DNA of 64,000 nucleotides, taken from assembly GCA_900555985.1 (NCBI GenBank), contig USNF01000001.1, positions 82,524-146,523 of the forward strand, read 5' to 3'. The position numbers and the translations under genes are program-made. Positions within the stretch are counted from its first letter, which is position 1, and each line of letters begins with the position of its first letter. The notes under the pieces are model-generated. The model was not told where the DNA came from. It saw only the letters and a list, made by a program, of their open reading frames with translations, and did not search any database. Below, piece after piece: positions 10,334 through 20,417 of the stretch. The stretch is from an uncultured Gemella sp. Lineage in GTDB: Bacteria > Bacillota > Bacilli > Staphylococcales > Gemellaceae.

Positions 10334-10471
10334 TTATTTATTTTCTTTTTTCTTAGAAAATTTTTTAGTTGTATTTTTTTTAGTTGTTTTTTGAGGTGTT
10401 GTTTTGGTAATTTTTTCGTCTACTTTTTTAATGTTACCTTTACCAACAAATTCTTTAACGATAATAGCCAT
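10334..10471 (-). CDS. Small Lys/Thr-rich basic protein (45 aa), not in ORF track
   Basis: MAIIVKEFVGKGNIKKVDEKITKTTPQKTTKKNTTKKFSKKKENK. ATG overlaps upstream TAA. Confidence 0.55.
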   Translation of the reverse strand: MAIIVKEFVGKGNIKKVDEKITKTTPQKTTKKNTTKKFSKKKENK

Positions 10472-11211
10472 TAGTATTTGTCACCTGCCTTTACGAGAGA
10501 CCATGCTCTACATACTTGTTTAATGGAACAAGATGTACAAAATACATTTTCTCTAGGATAGTATAAATTTTTATCTATACATTCAGAAACAGAATCAATC
10601 GTAGAAGTTAATCGTTCAAAATCAGTTCTATTTCGATAGCTATAAAAATCTAAATTGCCTTTAACATAATGTACATGGATATAAATATCTTCTCCATACA
10701 TTTGCTTAAAGGCTAATGCGTCTAAACTATATTTTAATTTTCTATCTAAATATGGTTGGTCAGGCTGTCTGTTGCCATAATCTACATATAATAATTCATA
10801 TTTATTATCTGGGGTAACGGCAATACAATTAATTTCACCAGTGATACTGGTTGCACCTGTATTTCCTTTTATCGTTAAACCATAAGGCATTTTAACATCG
10901 AGAATACGTAATTGTTTTGATTCGGCCCATTTATAAAAATTAGCTATTTGTTGTAAACCTTCGAGGCATTTTTGCTCATTAATATTGTCTTTTTCGCAAA
11001 TCATATCCCACTTACGTTTTAGTTCACCCATAGCTAATACCCTACCATTACTTAGATGGAGTAAAAAAGCATTTGTTAATTTCATTAATGAATTAGCTAA
11101 TGTAGGTTTAGTCGTTGCTTTTATTTTTTTATTAAAGTTAGTATCGTACAAAGTAGGGCATTTAATGTATTCCCAAATTTGTTCTTCCGTAACTTTTTTA
11201 TTATGTGTCAT
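10471..11211 (-). CDS. PD-(D/E)XK (Cas4/AddB-like) fold protein with 4-Cys staple, catalytic motifs degenerate
   Basis: N-terminal YIKCP plus C-terminal YPRENVFCTSCSIKQVC. GEINCI...YVDYG in place of GxID...DxK. Confidence 0.65.
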   Translation of the reverse strand: MTHNKKVTEEQIWEYIKCPTLYDTNFNKKIKATTKPTLANSLMKLTNAFLLHLSNGRVLAMGELKRKWDMICEKDNINEQKCLEGLQQIANFYKWAESKQLRILDVKMPYGLTIKGNTGATSITGEINCIAVTPDNKYELLYVDYGNRQPDQPYLDRKLKYSLDALAFKQMYGEDIYIHVHYVKGNLDFYSYRNRTDFERLTSTIDSVSECIDKNLYYPRENVFCTSCSIKQVCRAWSLVKAGDKY

Positions 11212-11462
11212 TATGTAAATTTCCTATTTTCTGTAGAAGATTTATTAATGATTTTAGGTGGAGAAAATACTGGACGTTCTTGTAAAGGATTTTGCATGAA
11301 GTCACTAAACATATTTTCTTGCATTTCTAATTGATTTTGATAATAATCGTAATGAGTTTTATAAAAATCTCTTTCTTTTATTGTGGCTCTTAGTTTTAAA
11401 ATTAAGCAAATAATTAAAAAAATAGTTGCTGTAATAACTGAGCCAATTAACGCATCATACAT
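11211..11462 (-). CDS. Small membrane-anchored protein
   Basis: N-terminal hydrophobic helix, coupled ORF. Confidence 0.55.
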   Translation of the reverse strand: MYDALIGSVITATIFLIICLILKLRATIKERDFYKTHYDYYQNQLEMQENMFSDFMQNPLQERPVFSPPKIINKSSTENRKFT

Positions 11463-11742
11463 TTGAAATCCTTTTTAATGCATATTCTAATTCTTCTTCT
11501 TTTGTTTTATATTGTCTATTTGGTTTAATTTGTGGTAGGTCTCCTACATCGAAAGTATTTTCTACTTCGATAGTAAGAGAACCACCGTCTAAAGAAATTA
11601 CTTTTTTAGAATTTTCCATCCACCAACCGCATAGAGCAGTTGGCGGTACTTGTTTATATAATAATTTTAATAATTCGTTGGTACGCATAGCGTACATAAT
11701 AAATAAAATAGGTTCATCTAATAGAGTTAATTTATATAGCAT
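11455..11742 (-). CDS. Hypothetical protein
   Basis: 95-aa ORF in operon. Confidence 0.55.
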   Translation of the reverse strand: MLYKLTLLDEPILFIMYAMRTNELLKLLYKQVPPTALCGWWMENSKKVISLDGGSLTIEVENTFDVGDLPQIKPNRQYKTKEEELEYALKRISNV

Positions 11743-11750
11743 CGTTTTTA

Positions 11751-12269
11751 TTATTTAAAAGATGTAGATTTTGGAAGTGGTTTATCCTGTTTATATTCAG
11801 TTACGAACCAACATGCCCAAGCAAATAACCCACTAGGAGATGCATCTTGTGGAATACAAGATTCTACAGGAGTTCGGTCACCTAGTTGTCCTTCTATCAT
11901 TTGGAACATAGCAGCGATGCCATTTACAGGAACATTTAATTCTTTTGCGAGAATAGATACTTCTTGACGACATTTGAATAAAGAAGTTAATGTACCATCA
12001 TAGAATAAATTGTGAAGGTATCCAGCTGCGATAGCAACAGCTACCCATGCTGGCAAATTAGAAATGTCATTTTTTTGAATTTGGTTTTTGCGATACAACA
12101 TGTGAATGAATACATCAATGACTTGTTCAGCAATCATAATTTTTTCTTTACTGCCATATGTAATTAATGCTTTGGTTGTTAATTCAAATAATTGTTCGTA
12201 ATTATTTAACCAATTAATGTATATAATTTCATCTTTATCGATGAGGTCTTGAAGTTCTTTTTCTTCCAT
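11751..12269 (-). CDS. Hypothetical protein, possible degenerate HD-domain fold
   Basis: VAIAAGYLHNL resembles xxAALLHD with D>N. Confidence 0.45.
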   Translation of the reverse strand: MEEKELQDLIDKDEIIYINWLNNYEQLFELTTKALITYGSKEKIMIAEQVIDVFIHMLYRKNQIQKNDISNLPAWVAVAIAAGYLHNLFYDGTLTSLFKCRQEVSILAKELNVPVNGIAAMFQMIEGQLGDRTPVESCIPQDASPSGLFAWACWFVTEYKQDKPLPKSTSFK

Positions 12270-12289
12270 CTACATATCCCTTTCATGTG

Positions 12290-12496
12290 TTATTTAAAAT
12301 AATTAGGTCTAATTAGTTTTGTTATTAAATCTGCTCTATGTTTTTTTGTGTTGCAAACATCTTCTTTATAGGTGCCACATTCATCTAAACATTTTTTATA
12401 TTTAGGATTAAAATTGCGGCATCCATAGCAGACTGGACACATTTCATAATCTGGACATCGATTAACAAAACCAGATACAGTTGTTTTAGTTTTCAT
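12290..12496 (-). CDS. Small Cys-rich protein (7 Cys; metal binding likely)
   Basis: RCPDYEMCPVCYGCRN...KCLDEC..VC. Confidence 0.55.
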   Translation of the reverse strand: MKTKTTVSGFVNRCPDYEMCPVCYGCRNFNPKYKKCLDECGTYKEDVCNTKKHRADLITKLIRPNYFK

Positions 12497-12746
12497 TAAC
12501 TTCCTCTACTTTTGTTAATTCAGCTAATTTAACTAATGTTTTGTGAGATAAAATAATTTCTGTCTCGCCGATTGTTTTTAGTTTAAAAACTTTTTGTCCT
12601 GTTAGTTGCCCTTGTAGTTGTTTCTCGGCTTGTGCACGAGAAACACTATTATTTTTAGTATAATCAATTTTGTTAACAGTGTCAACAGTGTAGTCATTTG
12701 CTACATAAATGTTTAATTCTGGGTTATTTAAATTGTCTAAAATCAT
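12486..12746 (-). CDS. Hypothetical protein
   Basis: 86-aa ORF with GAGG RBS. Confidence 0.6.
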   Translation of the reverse strand: MILDNLNNPELNIYVANDYTVDTVNKIDYTKNNSVSRAQAEKQLQGQLTGQKVFKLKTIGETEIILSHKTLVKLAELTKVEEVNEN

Positions 12747-12764
12747 ATTGTACCTCTTTTATTT

Positions 12765-14804
12765 TTAACTAGAGAAAATTAAATCAATAAAACGTTGCGA
12801 TGTTTCTTCTGAACATTCAGTTACGCGGGAATAATTTGTATGAAAATTACAAAATGTTCTTCCTTTGTAGCTAGATTTTTTATTTTTTGCCCAATCAATT
12901 TCTATAATTGGAATTTTTTCATTATCTGGTGATACAGAAAAAATAGCGGAGTTTTGTTTATTACGAGACATATCATTATGAACTACAAATAATGTAGAAG
13001 CTTCATACGCATATCGACCAGATTCTTTTACGTCGCCAATATTTGGTCTACGATTTTGTTCTATTTTTCGTAAATGCAATGTACCAAATACAGGCACTTT
13101 TAATTCTTCTGCCGCCCATCTTTTAACTTCTTTTGCAGTATAATCATTAATTTGTTTATCTGTTTGGAAGTTTTTAGTAGCCCATCGAATATCCATTAAT
13201 GAGTCAATACAAACAATAATATTATTATCTGGGTCAAAACTTTTTACGTAAGCTTGTGCTTTTTTACAGAAATCTAAAATTTGTTCGCCATTTTCAATTT
13301 TAGTACCATCTACGATACGAAACTGGTTCTTTTTAGATTTTAAAAATTCCAAACCTTCTGTTCTTTTTTTAAGCATTTCAGAATATTTATATCCTTCTTC
13401 ACCTCCTTCATCTACAATTTCTTGATAGCGAGTTGGTTTCGATACAACAGAAATAGGAATAATCTCTTTACTGGCGATAACACGAGGAATCACTTCTTCT
13501 TTTGTATCATCTAACGAAAAATAAATGCCATATAATTTATTATCTGGGTTTAAGCAATAGTCCATCATTAATGTTAATGCTAACGCAGTATTATGCGTTA
13601 CTGTTAATGCTTCACCTACACAATAACAATGAGATGTGTTATTTACTTGAATACATTGCATAGGACGAGTTTCTACTTCTTTAATATTAATAATAGTTTT
13701 ATATTTAAAACTTTTTTCGGATAATGTATTTTTTAATTTATTATATTTTTCTGGATTTTTGAAACAAGGATTAGTTTTTGATGCGGCGAAATAATAACGA
13801 ATTGCTTTATATTTTTTATTATCTACGAATACATCTTTTTCTACTTTAGTATATTTAATAGATAAAGAAGATAATAAAATTCCGAAGTCTTTGGATACCT
13901 TATTAGTGGAACCGAAAGTAATTTCCACTACACCTTTATTATCTACATAACCAATACCATCCATAATGCCTTTTAATAGTTCTTGTCTATTTTCGAGACT
14001 ATTATATAAGTATTGTTTTGGAATATGTTTATTATTGTATACCTCTTCTTTTTTTAAATTAGTAACGAAACTTCCGTCATTAATAGAAAAATATACATTC
14101 GTTTCAGAATGTTGTACATAATTTTTAATATTATAGCCACAAGCATATATTTCATCATGTAAAAAATCATATTCGGAATCTTTGCACCAAATTTTATTTT
14201 TTCTTTTATTTCCACTTGCAAGCCATAAGCCTAGAATATACGGATGCATCTTAGTTTCTTTTTTATGTGTTTTAAACGTATCTTGCATTGGAACACGATA
14301 TGAGTATCTATCGTATTTATTCCAATCTTGTAACATGTCTTTTGTCGTAATGATTAAATCTTCTACTGGCTTAGCTCCTATTTTTTTATATACTTTCCAA
14401 ACATGGTCCGCATCAGCAATCAATGTTGTGCGGTCATCGAAAGTAATTTCGTAACATTTATGGTCAGTAAAGATTTTAGATTTAGCTATGATAGTTGTCG
14501 GATGACCATCATCACCAAATACTTTTTGTCCTACTTTGCAATCACCAATTGTTGTCCAAGTACCATTTGTTAATAATAATGGTGTAGTTAATTCGAGTGC
14601 TTTACCAGTATTAGATTCACCAGCAAACATATAAAGACCTTCTGTTAAGCCTTCCATATATTTATCGAACATAGGGAATGATGGGCATGCATATCCTTTA
14701 CCACGTTTCCATGCTTGTTCATCAAATATTGTATAATCTTTTTCTGCTTCTTCAAAAAAGTCCTCCATAGGGACTGTGATATTATCTTTTAATTCATCCG
14801 ACAT
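12765..14804 (-). CDS. dnaB: DnaB-like (SF4) replicative helicase precursor containing an intein (342-aa extein)
   Basis: Walker A AGESNTGK|T split by intein, YFSLDD, Walker B IVCIDSL, VKESG, AKNK. Confidence 0.8.
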   Translation of the reverse strand: MSDELKDNITVPMEDFFEEAEKDYTIFDEQAWKRGKGYACPSFPMFDKYMEGLTEGLYMFAGESNTGKALELTTPLLLTNGTWTTIGDCKVGQKVFGDDGHPTTIIAKSKIFTDHKCYEITFDDRTTLIADADHVWKVYKKIGAKPVEDLIITTKDMLQDWNKYDRYSYRVPMQDTFKTHKKETKMHPYILGLWLASGNKRKNKIWCKDSEYDFLHDEIYACGYNIKNYVQHSETNVYFSINDGSFVTNLKKEEVYNNKHIPKQYLYNSLENRQELLKGIMDGIGYVDNKGVVEITFGSTNKVSKDFGILLSSLSIKYTKVEKDVFVDNKKYKAIRYYFAASKTNPCFKNPEKYNKLKNTLSEKSFKYKTIINIKEVETRPMQCIQVNNTSHCYCVGEALTVTHNTALALTLMMDYCLNPDNKLYGIYFSLDDTKEEVIPRVIASKEIIPISVVSKPTRYQEIVDEGGEEGYKYSEMLKKRTEGLEFLKSKKNQFRIVDGTKIENGEQILDFCKKAQAYVKSFDPDNNIIVCIDSLMDIRWATKNFQTDKQINDYTAKEVKRWAAEELKVPVFGTLHLRKIEQNRRPNIGDVKESGRYAYEASTLFVVHNDMSRNKQNSAIFSVSPDNEKIPIIEIDWAKNKKSSYKGRTFCNFHTNYSRVTECSEETSQRFIDLIFSS
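13590..14600 (-). mobile_element. Intein (337 aa), Ala1 class-3 type with LAGLIDADG-like endonuclease region
   Basis: Starts ALELTTPLL, ends TVTHN|T. Block B ADADHVW, block F MQCIQV, block C PYILGLWLASG, block E LLKGIMDGIG. Confidence 0.88.
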
Positions 14805-15832
14805 TATTTACCTCCAGATAATTTACATTTTTCTCCTATACAATATCCTAAATCTTTATATGTATTGCAACCATATCTACGATTATGTTGTAGCATTGTA
14901 TATGCACTATTAAACGTAATTCTTAATTCATGCTCTTCTAGCGGTGGTTCATTTAATGTATTCCATTCTTTTAAGATAGCGAAAGCATCTTCTTTTGATT
15001 CACCTGATTGTAAAATAGAAGAGGCGATAGCTACGCAAGAATTGTTTCTAGTTCCTTTTAATGCACCTTCTTTTAATAATTTAATAGCACATGGTAGCAT
15101 TTCTTTTGGTTCTAATGGAATCACGAACCCATCTTTTGTTTTTATTTTTATTTTGTCTTTAATTACTTTTTTATATTCTTTAGATGCTTTATCATTTAGA
15201 ATATATTCTTTTTCTTGCTCTTCATGTTTTTCTTTAGCGTATGCAAGCATATCTGATAAAGAAAATGTATCGAGTAATTCTTTTGTAATTGGTACTTTGT
15301 AAAGACCAGTTTTACTATTAATGGTATTCGGTACTCTTAATAGTCTACGTCTATCGTAGATACCAGTATCTATAATTTGGCAATTCGTATTTTCTTGTAG
15401 CCATAAAGCAAATTTTTTAAAATCCATATTTAGATTTTCTTTAGGCTCAAGACCAAGAATTTTATAATCAATAATAATATGAAAGCCTTTAGCACCAGAG
15501 AAAAAAAGTTGAATATCTTCATCTTTTAATTTAATGTAACTTTTTAACATAAAATAACATAAAGAAACTTGTCTTTTTAATATATTAAAATCTTCTTCTG
15601 TATCTATGTTACCATCGAAATCTAAATATAAATTACTTATAATTTTGCAATTTTCTATATTATTATTTTCATAAGCATAAGAACATTTATATATATCTGT
15701 TTCATTATGTTTATGTATCCATTCTTGTAATTGTTGATTAACAGTAACTCCATTTACATAATAGTTTCGTTGAAAGCCTTTTGAGAATTTAGCACCGAAT
15801 TCATATATGAAGTTCTGAATTGTGTTCTCCAT
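14804..15832 (-). CDS. Archaeo-eukaryotic-type (AEP) DNA primase with C-terminal PriCT/Cys domain
   Basis: LYLDFD, FFSGAKGFHI, DTGIYDRRRLLRVPNTINSKTG, PC...GTRNN, YGC..YC..KC. TAATG-coupled to helicase. Confidence 0.8.
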   Translation of the reverse strand: MENTIQNFIYEFGAKFSKGFQRNYYVNGVTVNQQLQEWIHKHNETDIYKCSYAYENNNIENCKIISNLYLDFDGNIDTEEDFNILKRQVSLCYFMLKSYIKLKDEDIQLFFSGAKGFHIIIDYKILGLEPKENLNMDFKKFALWLQENTNCQIIDTGIYDRRRLLRVPNTINSKTGLYKVPITKELLDTFSLSDMLAYAKEKHEEQEKEYILNDKASKEYKKVIKDKIKIKTKDGFVIPLEPKEMLPCAIKLLKEGALKGTRNNSCVAIASSILQSGESKEDAFAILKEWNTLNEPPLEEHELRITFNSAYTMLQHNRRYGCNTYKDLGYCIGEKCKLSGGK

Positions 15833-16452
15833 ATGATTGTATCCCTTCCATTAGCATGTAATTCAGCTAAATTAGATTTTAGTTTTTCATAGTTTGTCTG
15901 AATAATTGATGCTACTCTTGTTAAATCAAAAGGCTCAATGCATCTAAAGTTTTGGAAATGACATTCATCGATTAATGATAATAATAAATCGATAGGTTCA
16001 ATGCCTTTATATCCTTTAAAACTTTGTAATATATGTTCTATCTGACCTTTATGCAATTTAATATTTCTATTTGCATGTGGTGCACATTGTTCATAAAAAT
16101 ATTGTAATACATCGTCAGTTGTATATCGTATTTTTGTTTCTAAGTAATAAGGGAATTTACACTCATTACCATCTGGTGTAACAATCGGTGCGATAGAAAA
16201 TAATTTTAATTCTTTATGAAGATAAAATTTATTTTTCTTTAAGAGCGACTGTTCCCAAGCGATTGTTGGAATATCTTCTGGCTTAATAGCAGATACTTTT
16301 GTATTCCATTTTTCAAACAAATGAATGATTTCTTTATCTGAAAATTGACAGTCTTGTAAATATTCTATTGTGCATTTAGATTGAATATAATCTAATTCAT
16401 TTTCGATTGGCTTGCCAATAATATTAGAATAAAAGTATTGTACTAAGTCCAT
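15754..16452 (-). CDS. Hypothetical protein, first gene of replication operon (start reassigned to 16452)
   Basis: AAGGAG RBS upstream of ATG 16452. Track start 16488 lies inside the -10 box. Confidence 0.65.
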   Translation of the reverse strand: MDLVQYFYSNIIGKPIENELDYIQSKCTIEYLQDCQFSDKEIIHLFEKWNTKVSAIKPEDIPTIAWEQSLLKKNKFYLHKELKLFSIAPIVTPDGNECKFPYYLETKIRYTTDDVLQYFYEQCAPHANRNIKLHKGQIEHILQSFKGYKGIEPIDLLLSLIDECHFQNFRCIEPFDLTRVASIIQTNYEKLKSNLAELHANGRDTIIWRTQFRTSYMNSVLNSQKAFNETIM

Positions 16453-16486
16453 AAATTTAAAACACTCCTTTTCCGTCGTTGTTAAC

Positions 16487-16515
16487 ATTATAACAAGCTA
16501 GAAGAGGAGTGTCAA
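16487..16515 (-). promoter_or_regulatory. Consensus host sigma-70/sigma-A promoter
   Basis: TTGACA (16515-16510), 17 nt, TATAAT (16492-16487), with extended TG. Confidence 0.85.
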
Positions 16516-16520
16516 ACTTT

Positions 16521-17573
16521 TTATGAATGAATATTGAATTTTATGATTGAAATACTTCTATTGATAGGAATCTTAGCGTAAATACTATTAATATTCTTAG
16601 GAATTGTATATTGTGTAAGACCTTTAGAAGTATCGATTTGATAACTCAATTCACCTTCTACATAATTCATATAGAACTCGATGTTTTCGTTCGTACAATT
16701 AGAAGTATGTTTACCGTATTGGTCATAGACAATAATATCTTCATCAATACGAGTAATGAAATTTTCTTTTTCTAATTTTACGATAACGTAAGAATTAGTA
16801 GAATAAGAACTACGTAAGAAATATAAATGATGTAGTCCGAATGGATATTTGCCATTTGCATTTTGGAAGTTAATTGTAATGTCAAAATCTACTTTATAAA
16901 TATAATAACTTTCATTAAGCACAATTTTTGTCGTACCAGAATTCATTATATTTTTTGTAATAGATTTTGTCGGTGTATCTAATCGTTGTGCCTGATAATC
17001 TTGCATCGTGTAGATATCAATTTTATTAATAGTATAAGAGCCAGGTAAATATGGCAAAATATCTATTGTATTAAATGCAGGAGAACCAAGTAATTCGTTA
17101 GGGTCGATTGTTACACTTAATTTAATATTAGGAGTATCATATTCAGCAAACACAGTTTCTTTATTATTAATGCTGTCATCAATTAAAATATTATTAAATA
17201 ATGTACTAAATTTATCATTAATAGATACATGTCCATTATTTTTATAAATAGCACCAGTAATAGAACTAAAATTAAAAATATTGACTGGTGTTTTAACTAA
17301 TGATGGATAAATAGATAAGCCATACGCTTCGTAATCACCATTTACGATATTTGCATTTTTTAAAAATACTGAAGTTAAATTTGTTGTTTCTTGTTCAGAA
17401 TTTTGTAATTCTGTTAATTGTTGTGTATTAAATTCAAACTGATTTTGAAAGACTAACATGCGACGCTCAATTTCAGTTTTCATTACATTGATATTGGATG
17501 CTAATGTATCTATTCGTTGATTAGATTCATCTAGCTTATCCATTAAATCTTTTGAAGTTAATTTATATCGCAT
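16521..17573 (-). CDS. Putative virion structural protein
   Basis: 350 aa, N-terminal coiled coil and beta-rich remainder, in tail module. Confidence 0.55.
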   Translation of the reverse strand: MRYKLTSKDLMDKLDESNQRIDTLASNINVMKTEIERRMLVFQNQFEFNTQQLTELQNSEQETTNLTSVFLKNANIVNGDYEAYGLSIYPSLVKTPVNIFNFSSITGAIYKNNGHVSINDKFSTLFNNILIDDSINNKETVFAEYDTPNIKLSVTIDPNELLGSPAFNTIDILPYLPGSYTINKIDIYTMQDYQAQRLDTPTKSITKNIMNSGTTKIVLNESYYIYKVDFDITINFQNANGKYPFGLHHLYFLRSSYSTNSYVIVKLEKENFITRIDEDIIVYDQYGKHTSNCTNENIEFYMNYVEGELSYQIDTSKGLTQYTIPKNINSIYAKIPINRSISIIKFNIHS

Positions 17574-17576
17574 ATA

Positions 17577-17804
17577 TTATCCTTTTAATAATCTAAGAGT
17601 TAGTAATTGTTCTGATATATTATTAGGTTGAATACTTTTCTTAAATAAAGTATTTACTTTATTTTGTAAATCATCAATAGTTGATTCTTTATAATGAGTG
17701 AAATCTTCTATGAGTGCTTTTGTTTCATTATAATTTTGCATAATATTCAGAACGAATTTTTCATATTCAAAAGGACCACGATATCGAATGTTATAAGTTA
17801 TCAT
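17577..17804 (-). CDS. Small hypothetical (structural module) protein
   Basis: 75-aa ORF, ATGA-coupled. Confidence 0.55.
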   Translation of the reverse strand: MITYNIRYRGPFEYEKFVLNIMQNYNETKALIEDFTHYKESTIDDLQNKVNTLFKKSIQPNNISEQLLTLRLLKG

Positions 17805-18997
17805 GATTCTAATTCCTGTAAAATAGATAATTCTTTAATCGCAATAGCGTTAACTGTTAAATCAGATTCACCGTCATTTAATTTGGATACCGTAACAGTA
17901 ACTGGTAATGTCACTTTATCGTCTGTGTTATATTCTTCGATATAATAAGATGGTACATCTAAATTATTTGGGTAATATAAAGTGTCGTTTTGAATAATAC
18001 CTTGTTGTGTTTCTGCGTACACTGTGCCGTCTGTCGTAAAATCGAATGCCATGCCAGCATCATATTCAAAAGTAATTTTTTGATGCACATCCATGGATTC
18101 AATATTATAACCAGAGAAATTTTTACTTAATGGTTCTTTACTGAAATTAAAATAGGCATACGAACCATTTAAGATATAGAAAGTAATACGCCCAGCTGTA
18201 TCATCTAAATAAAAAGAAGAAGTTTCATCTCGTTGTAAAACAGAATCGCCGTTTTTAACAGATTTCTTAATATAATTTTTGCCAGCATAAATAATATAAT
18301 TATTATTATGATTAGGTGTAAAATTATTTAAATCCATAGGAGCCATAGTTTGCGTAACAGTATCATCAGCTTGCTCATAGGTATATGTTTTATAATTAGA
18401 GTTTCCAGGAATTTTTAAATAATCCCTATTATAGCTAAAAGGAGAGCAGTTAATGTTACCAATAGTAAAAATAACATTTTCATCTTGTGTAACATTAGAG
18501 TCCCAGATACATGCTAATTTAGAACCCTTTGAAATGGAAATATCACCGAGGGCAATCGTATAGATATTATTATTATTTCTGATACCGAAACCATTCGTTT
18601 TAAATAAAACTGTTTTACCTAATGGCGTAGATTCAATTTCGAACTTAGTTTTATATTCATAGCGTTTAGCCATTTGTTCTAATTCAGATAAATGCATTTC
18701 CGCATATGATTTTAATTCTAAGAATTTTTCTACAGATAATTTGTATACTACTTTATACAAAATAACTAAATCCTGATAAATCGCTTCGAATTTATCATTA
18801 AATTCTTTTGTGTTAAATGTACTTCTTTCTTCGATTACTTTATTTTGAAATATAGCAATTCTTAAATTAATATCTTTTAATTTATTTTGAATTTCGAACT
18901 GATTAGGATATTGTCCACTATGAATAATTTGTTGTGAAATTCTATCTCTGTAGAATTTAATTTTTTCTAGTTCAGTTAAATAATTATCTGAGTTCAT
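17801..18997 (-). CDS. Putative virion structural protein
   Basis: 398 aa, coiled-coil N-terminus with FNDKFEAIYQDLVILY. Confidence 0.55.
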   Translation of the reverse strand: MNSDNYLTELEKIKFYRDRISQQIIHSGQYPNQFEIQNKLKDINLRIAIFQNKVIEERSTFNTKEFNDKFEAIYQDLVILYKVVYKLSVEKFLELKSYAEMHLSELEQMAKRYEYKTKFEIESTPLGKTVLFKTNGFGIRNNNNIYTIALGDISISKGSKLACIWDSNVTQDENVIFTIGNINCSPFSYNRDYLKIPGNSNYKTYTYEQADDTVTQTMAPMDLNNFTPNHNNNYIIYAGKNYIKKSVKNGDSVLQRDETSSFYLDDTAGRITFYILNGSYAYFNFSKEPLSKNFSGYNIESMDVHQKITFEYDAGMAFDFTTDGTVYAETQQGIIQNDTLYYPNNLDVPSYYIEEYNTDDKVTLPVTVTVSKLNDGESDLTVNAIAIKELSILQELES

Positions 18998-20417
18998 GTC
19001 TATCTCCTATTTTACCAAAACAAATTTTTAGATTTGATACATAAGGAGTTACATTCGTATCCATTGTTTTAATAATTATTTTTAACGATGCACTTTTAAT
19101 GGTTTCATTAATATGAACTACATAATCGTCTATAATAGAATAATTAGATACACGAATGACTTTTGTACCTTGTTTTTGACTATTAATCGGCACGATATCA
19201 TAATCAATACCATTAATAGTTAATATATATTGAATATATATTTTGTCATTAGGGAAATATTCAGGAATATATTCATTAGCAAATACAGCAATAGATTGTA
19301 CTGGATTGGAAGAAATTAATTCTTTCGTTTGAAGATATCCTTCGGTGAATGTACCTACATGGGCAGTGATATCAGATATTCTAATGACATGGCGTTTAGC
19401 ATTAGGTAATTCAACAATACGTTCGATTGGTTTTTGAGCGTCTGTTGTATCAGTAAATAAAAATGCTAATTTATCATTAGATGCTCCGTTAGATGCTAAT
19501 TGTAATTTAACATATTGAGATGGAGGAAAAGAAATAACTCCTGTACCGTAAATATAATTTGGGTCGATATAGCTTTTATTTATATTATTAATTTCTTTAG
19601 GAGTTGTCCATGTGCTTTTGTACATAATACCATCATCAGAAAACAAAACATCTTCTAAGATGACATTACTATCCATATCGAGATGCAACATAGAAATTTC
19701 ATTTTCGCATCGAATATTAATAGAGCATCTTGCTTCTTCTTGGTCGAAGTTAATTTCAGCTGGTGTAGTATCTAATTTATTACCGATAGCCGTTAAACGA
19801 GAATATTCATAATACGTTAATGGATTACCATCATAGATATTTTGTTGGTTAGAGCTATTAATAGCATTACTAGCAAATTGTTTATCATTATAGACAAATT
19901 TATTGCCTTCAATACCATTACCATCTACGAATGTTACACCAAAGTTGCCGACTTTAGCATTATCTGTATGAGCCGTAAAAATATAGTCGCCTAATAATCC
20001 GACTGTACCATATATTTCAGATGTTCTAATTTCTTTAACGGTAGTAAATTCGTTATAGTTGCCACAAATAATATTCATGTCTTGAATGCGATTGCGTTCA
20101 GCTTCTAGTGCATCGTCAACAGCATTTAAGCGAGTAACAATATCAGTCATTAAAGTAGAATAATTTTTAGTTGCTTCGAGAGCTTCATAATTAAGAGCTT
20201 GTAAGTCAACTGCGATATCAGTTAACTGATTATTTAATGTATCTAATTGTATTTCTTCTTCTTGATGAATTTCTAATGGTTCTGTTACAGGTGTATCTGT
20301 AGCAGATGCAAATATTGTATTTGCTTTATCTTTATTGGAAGCAAGTAACATATTTGCATATTCTTCTTTTATACTTTTTAAGCCTATATATTCCAAATAG
20401 CACTGCCTCCGTGACAT
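18984..20417 (-). CDS. Putative virion structural protein (start uncertain)
   Basis: 477 aa, coiled coil LNNQLTDIAVDLQAL plus beta-rich domain. Confidence 0.55.
   Translation of the reverse strand: MSRRQCYLEYIGLKSIKEEYANMLLASNKDKANTIFASATDTPVTEPLEIHQEEEIQLDTLNNQLTDIAVDLQALNYEALEATKNYSTLMTDIVTRLNAVDDALEAERNRIQDMNIICGNYNEFTTVKEIRTSEIYGTVGLLGDYIFTAHTDNAKVGNFGVTFVDGNGIEGNKFVYNDKQFASNAINSSNQQNIYDGNPLTYYEYSRLTAIGNKLDTTPAEINFDQEEARCSINIRCENEISMLHLDMDSNVILEDVLFSDDGIMYKSTWTTPKEINNINKSYIDPNYIYGTGVISFPPSQYVKLQLASNGASNDKLAFLFTDTTDAQKPIERIVELPNAKRHVIRISDITAHVGTFTEGYLQTKELISSNPVQSIAVFANEYIPEYFPNDKIYIQYILTINGIDYDIVPINSQKQGTKVIRVSNYSIIDDYVVHINETIKSASLKIIIKTMDTNVTPYVSNLKICFGKIGDRHELR

Noticed and set aside
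10471..11211. Cas4 / CRISPR system
   Set aside because: No array or other cas genes. Solo PD-(D/E)XK Fe-S proteins are common in phages.
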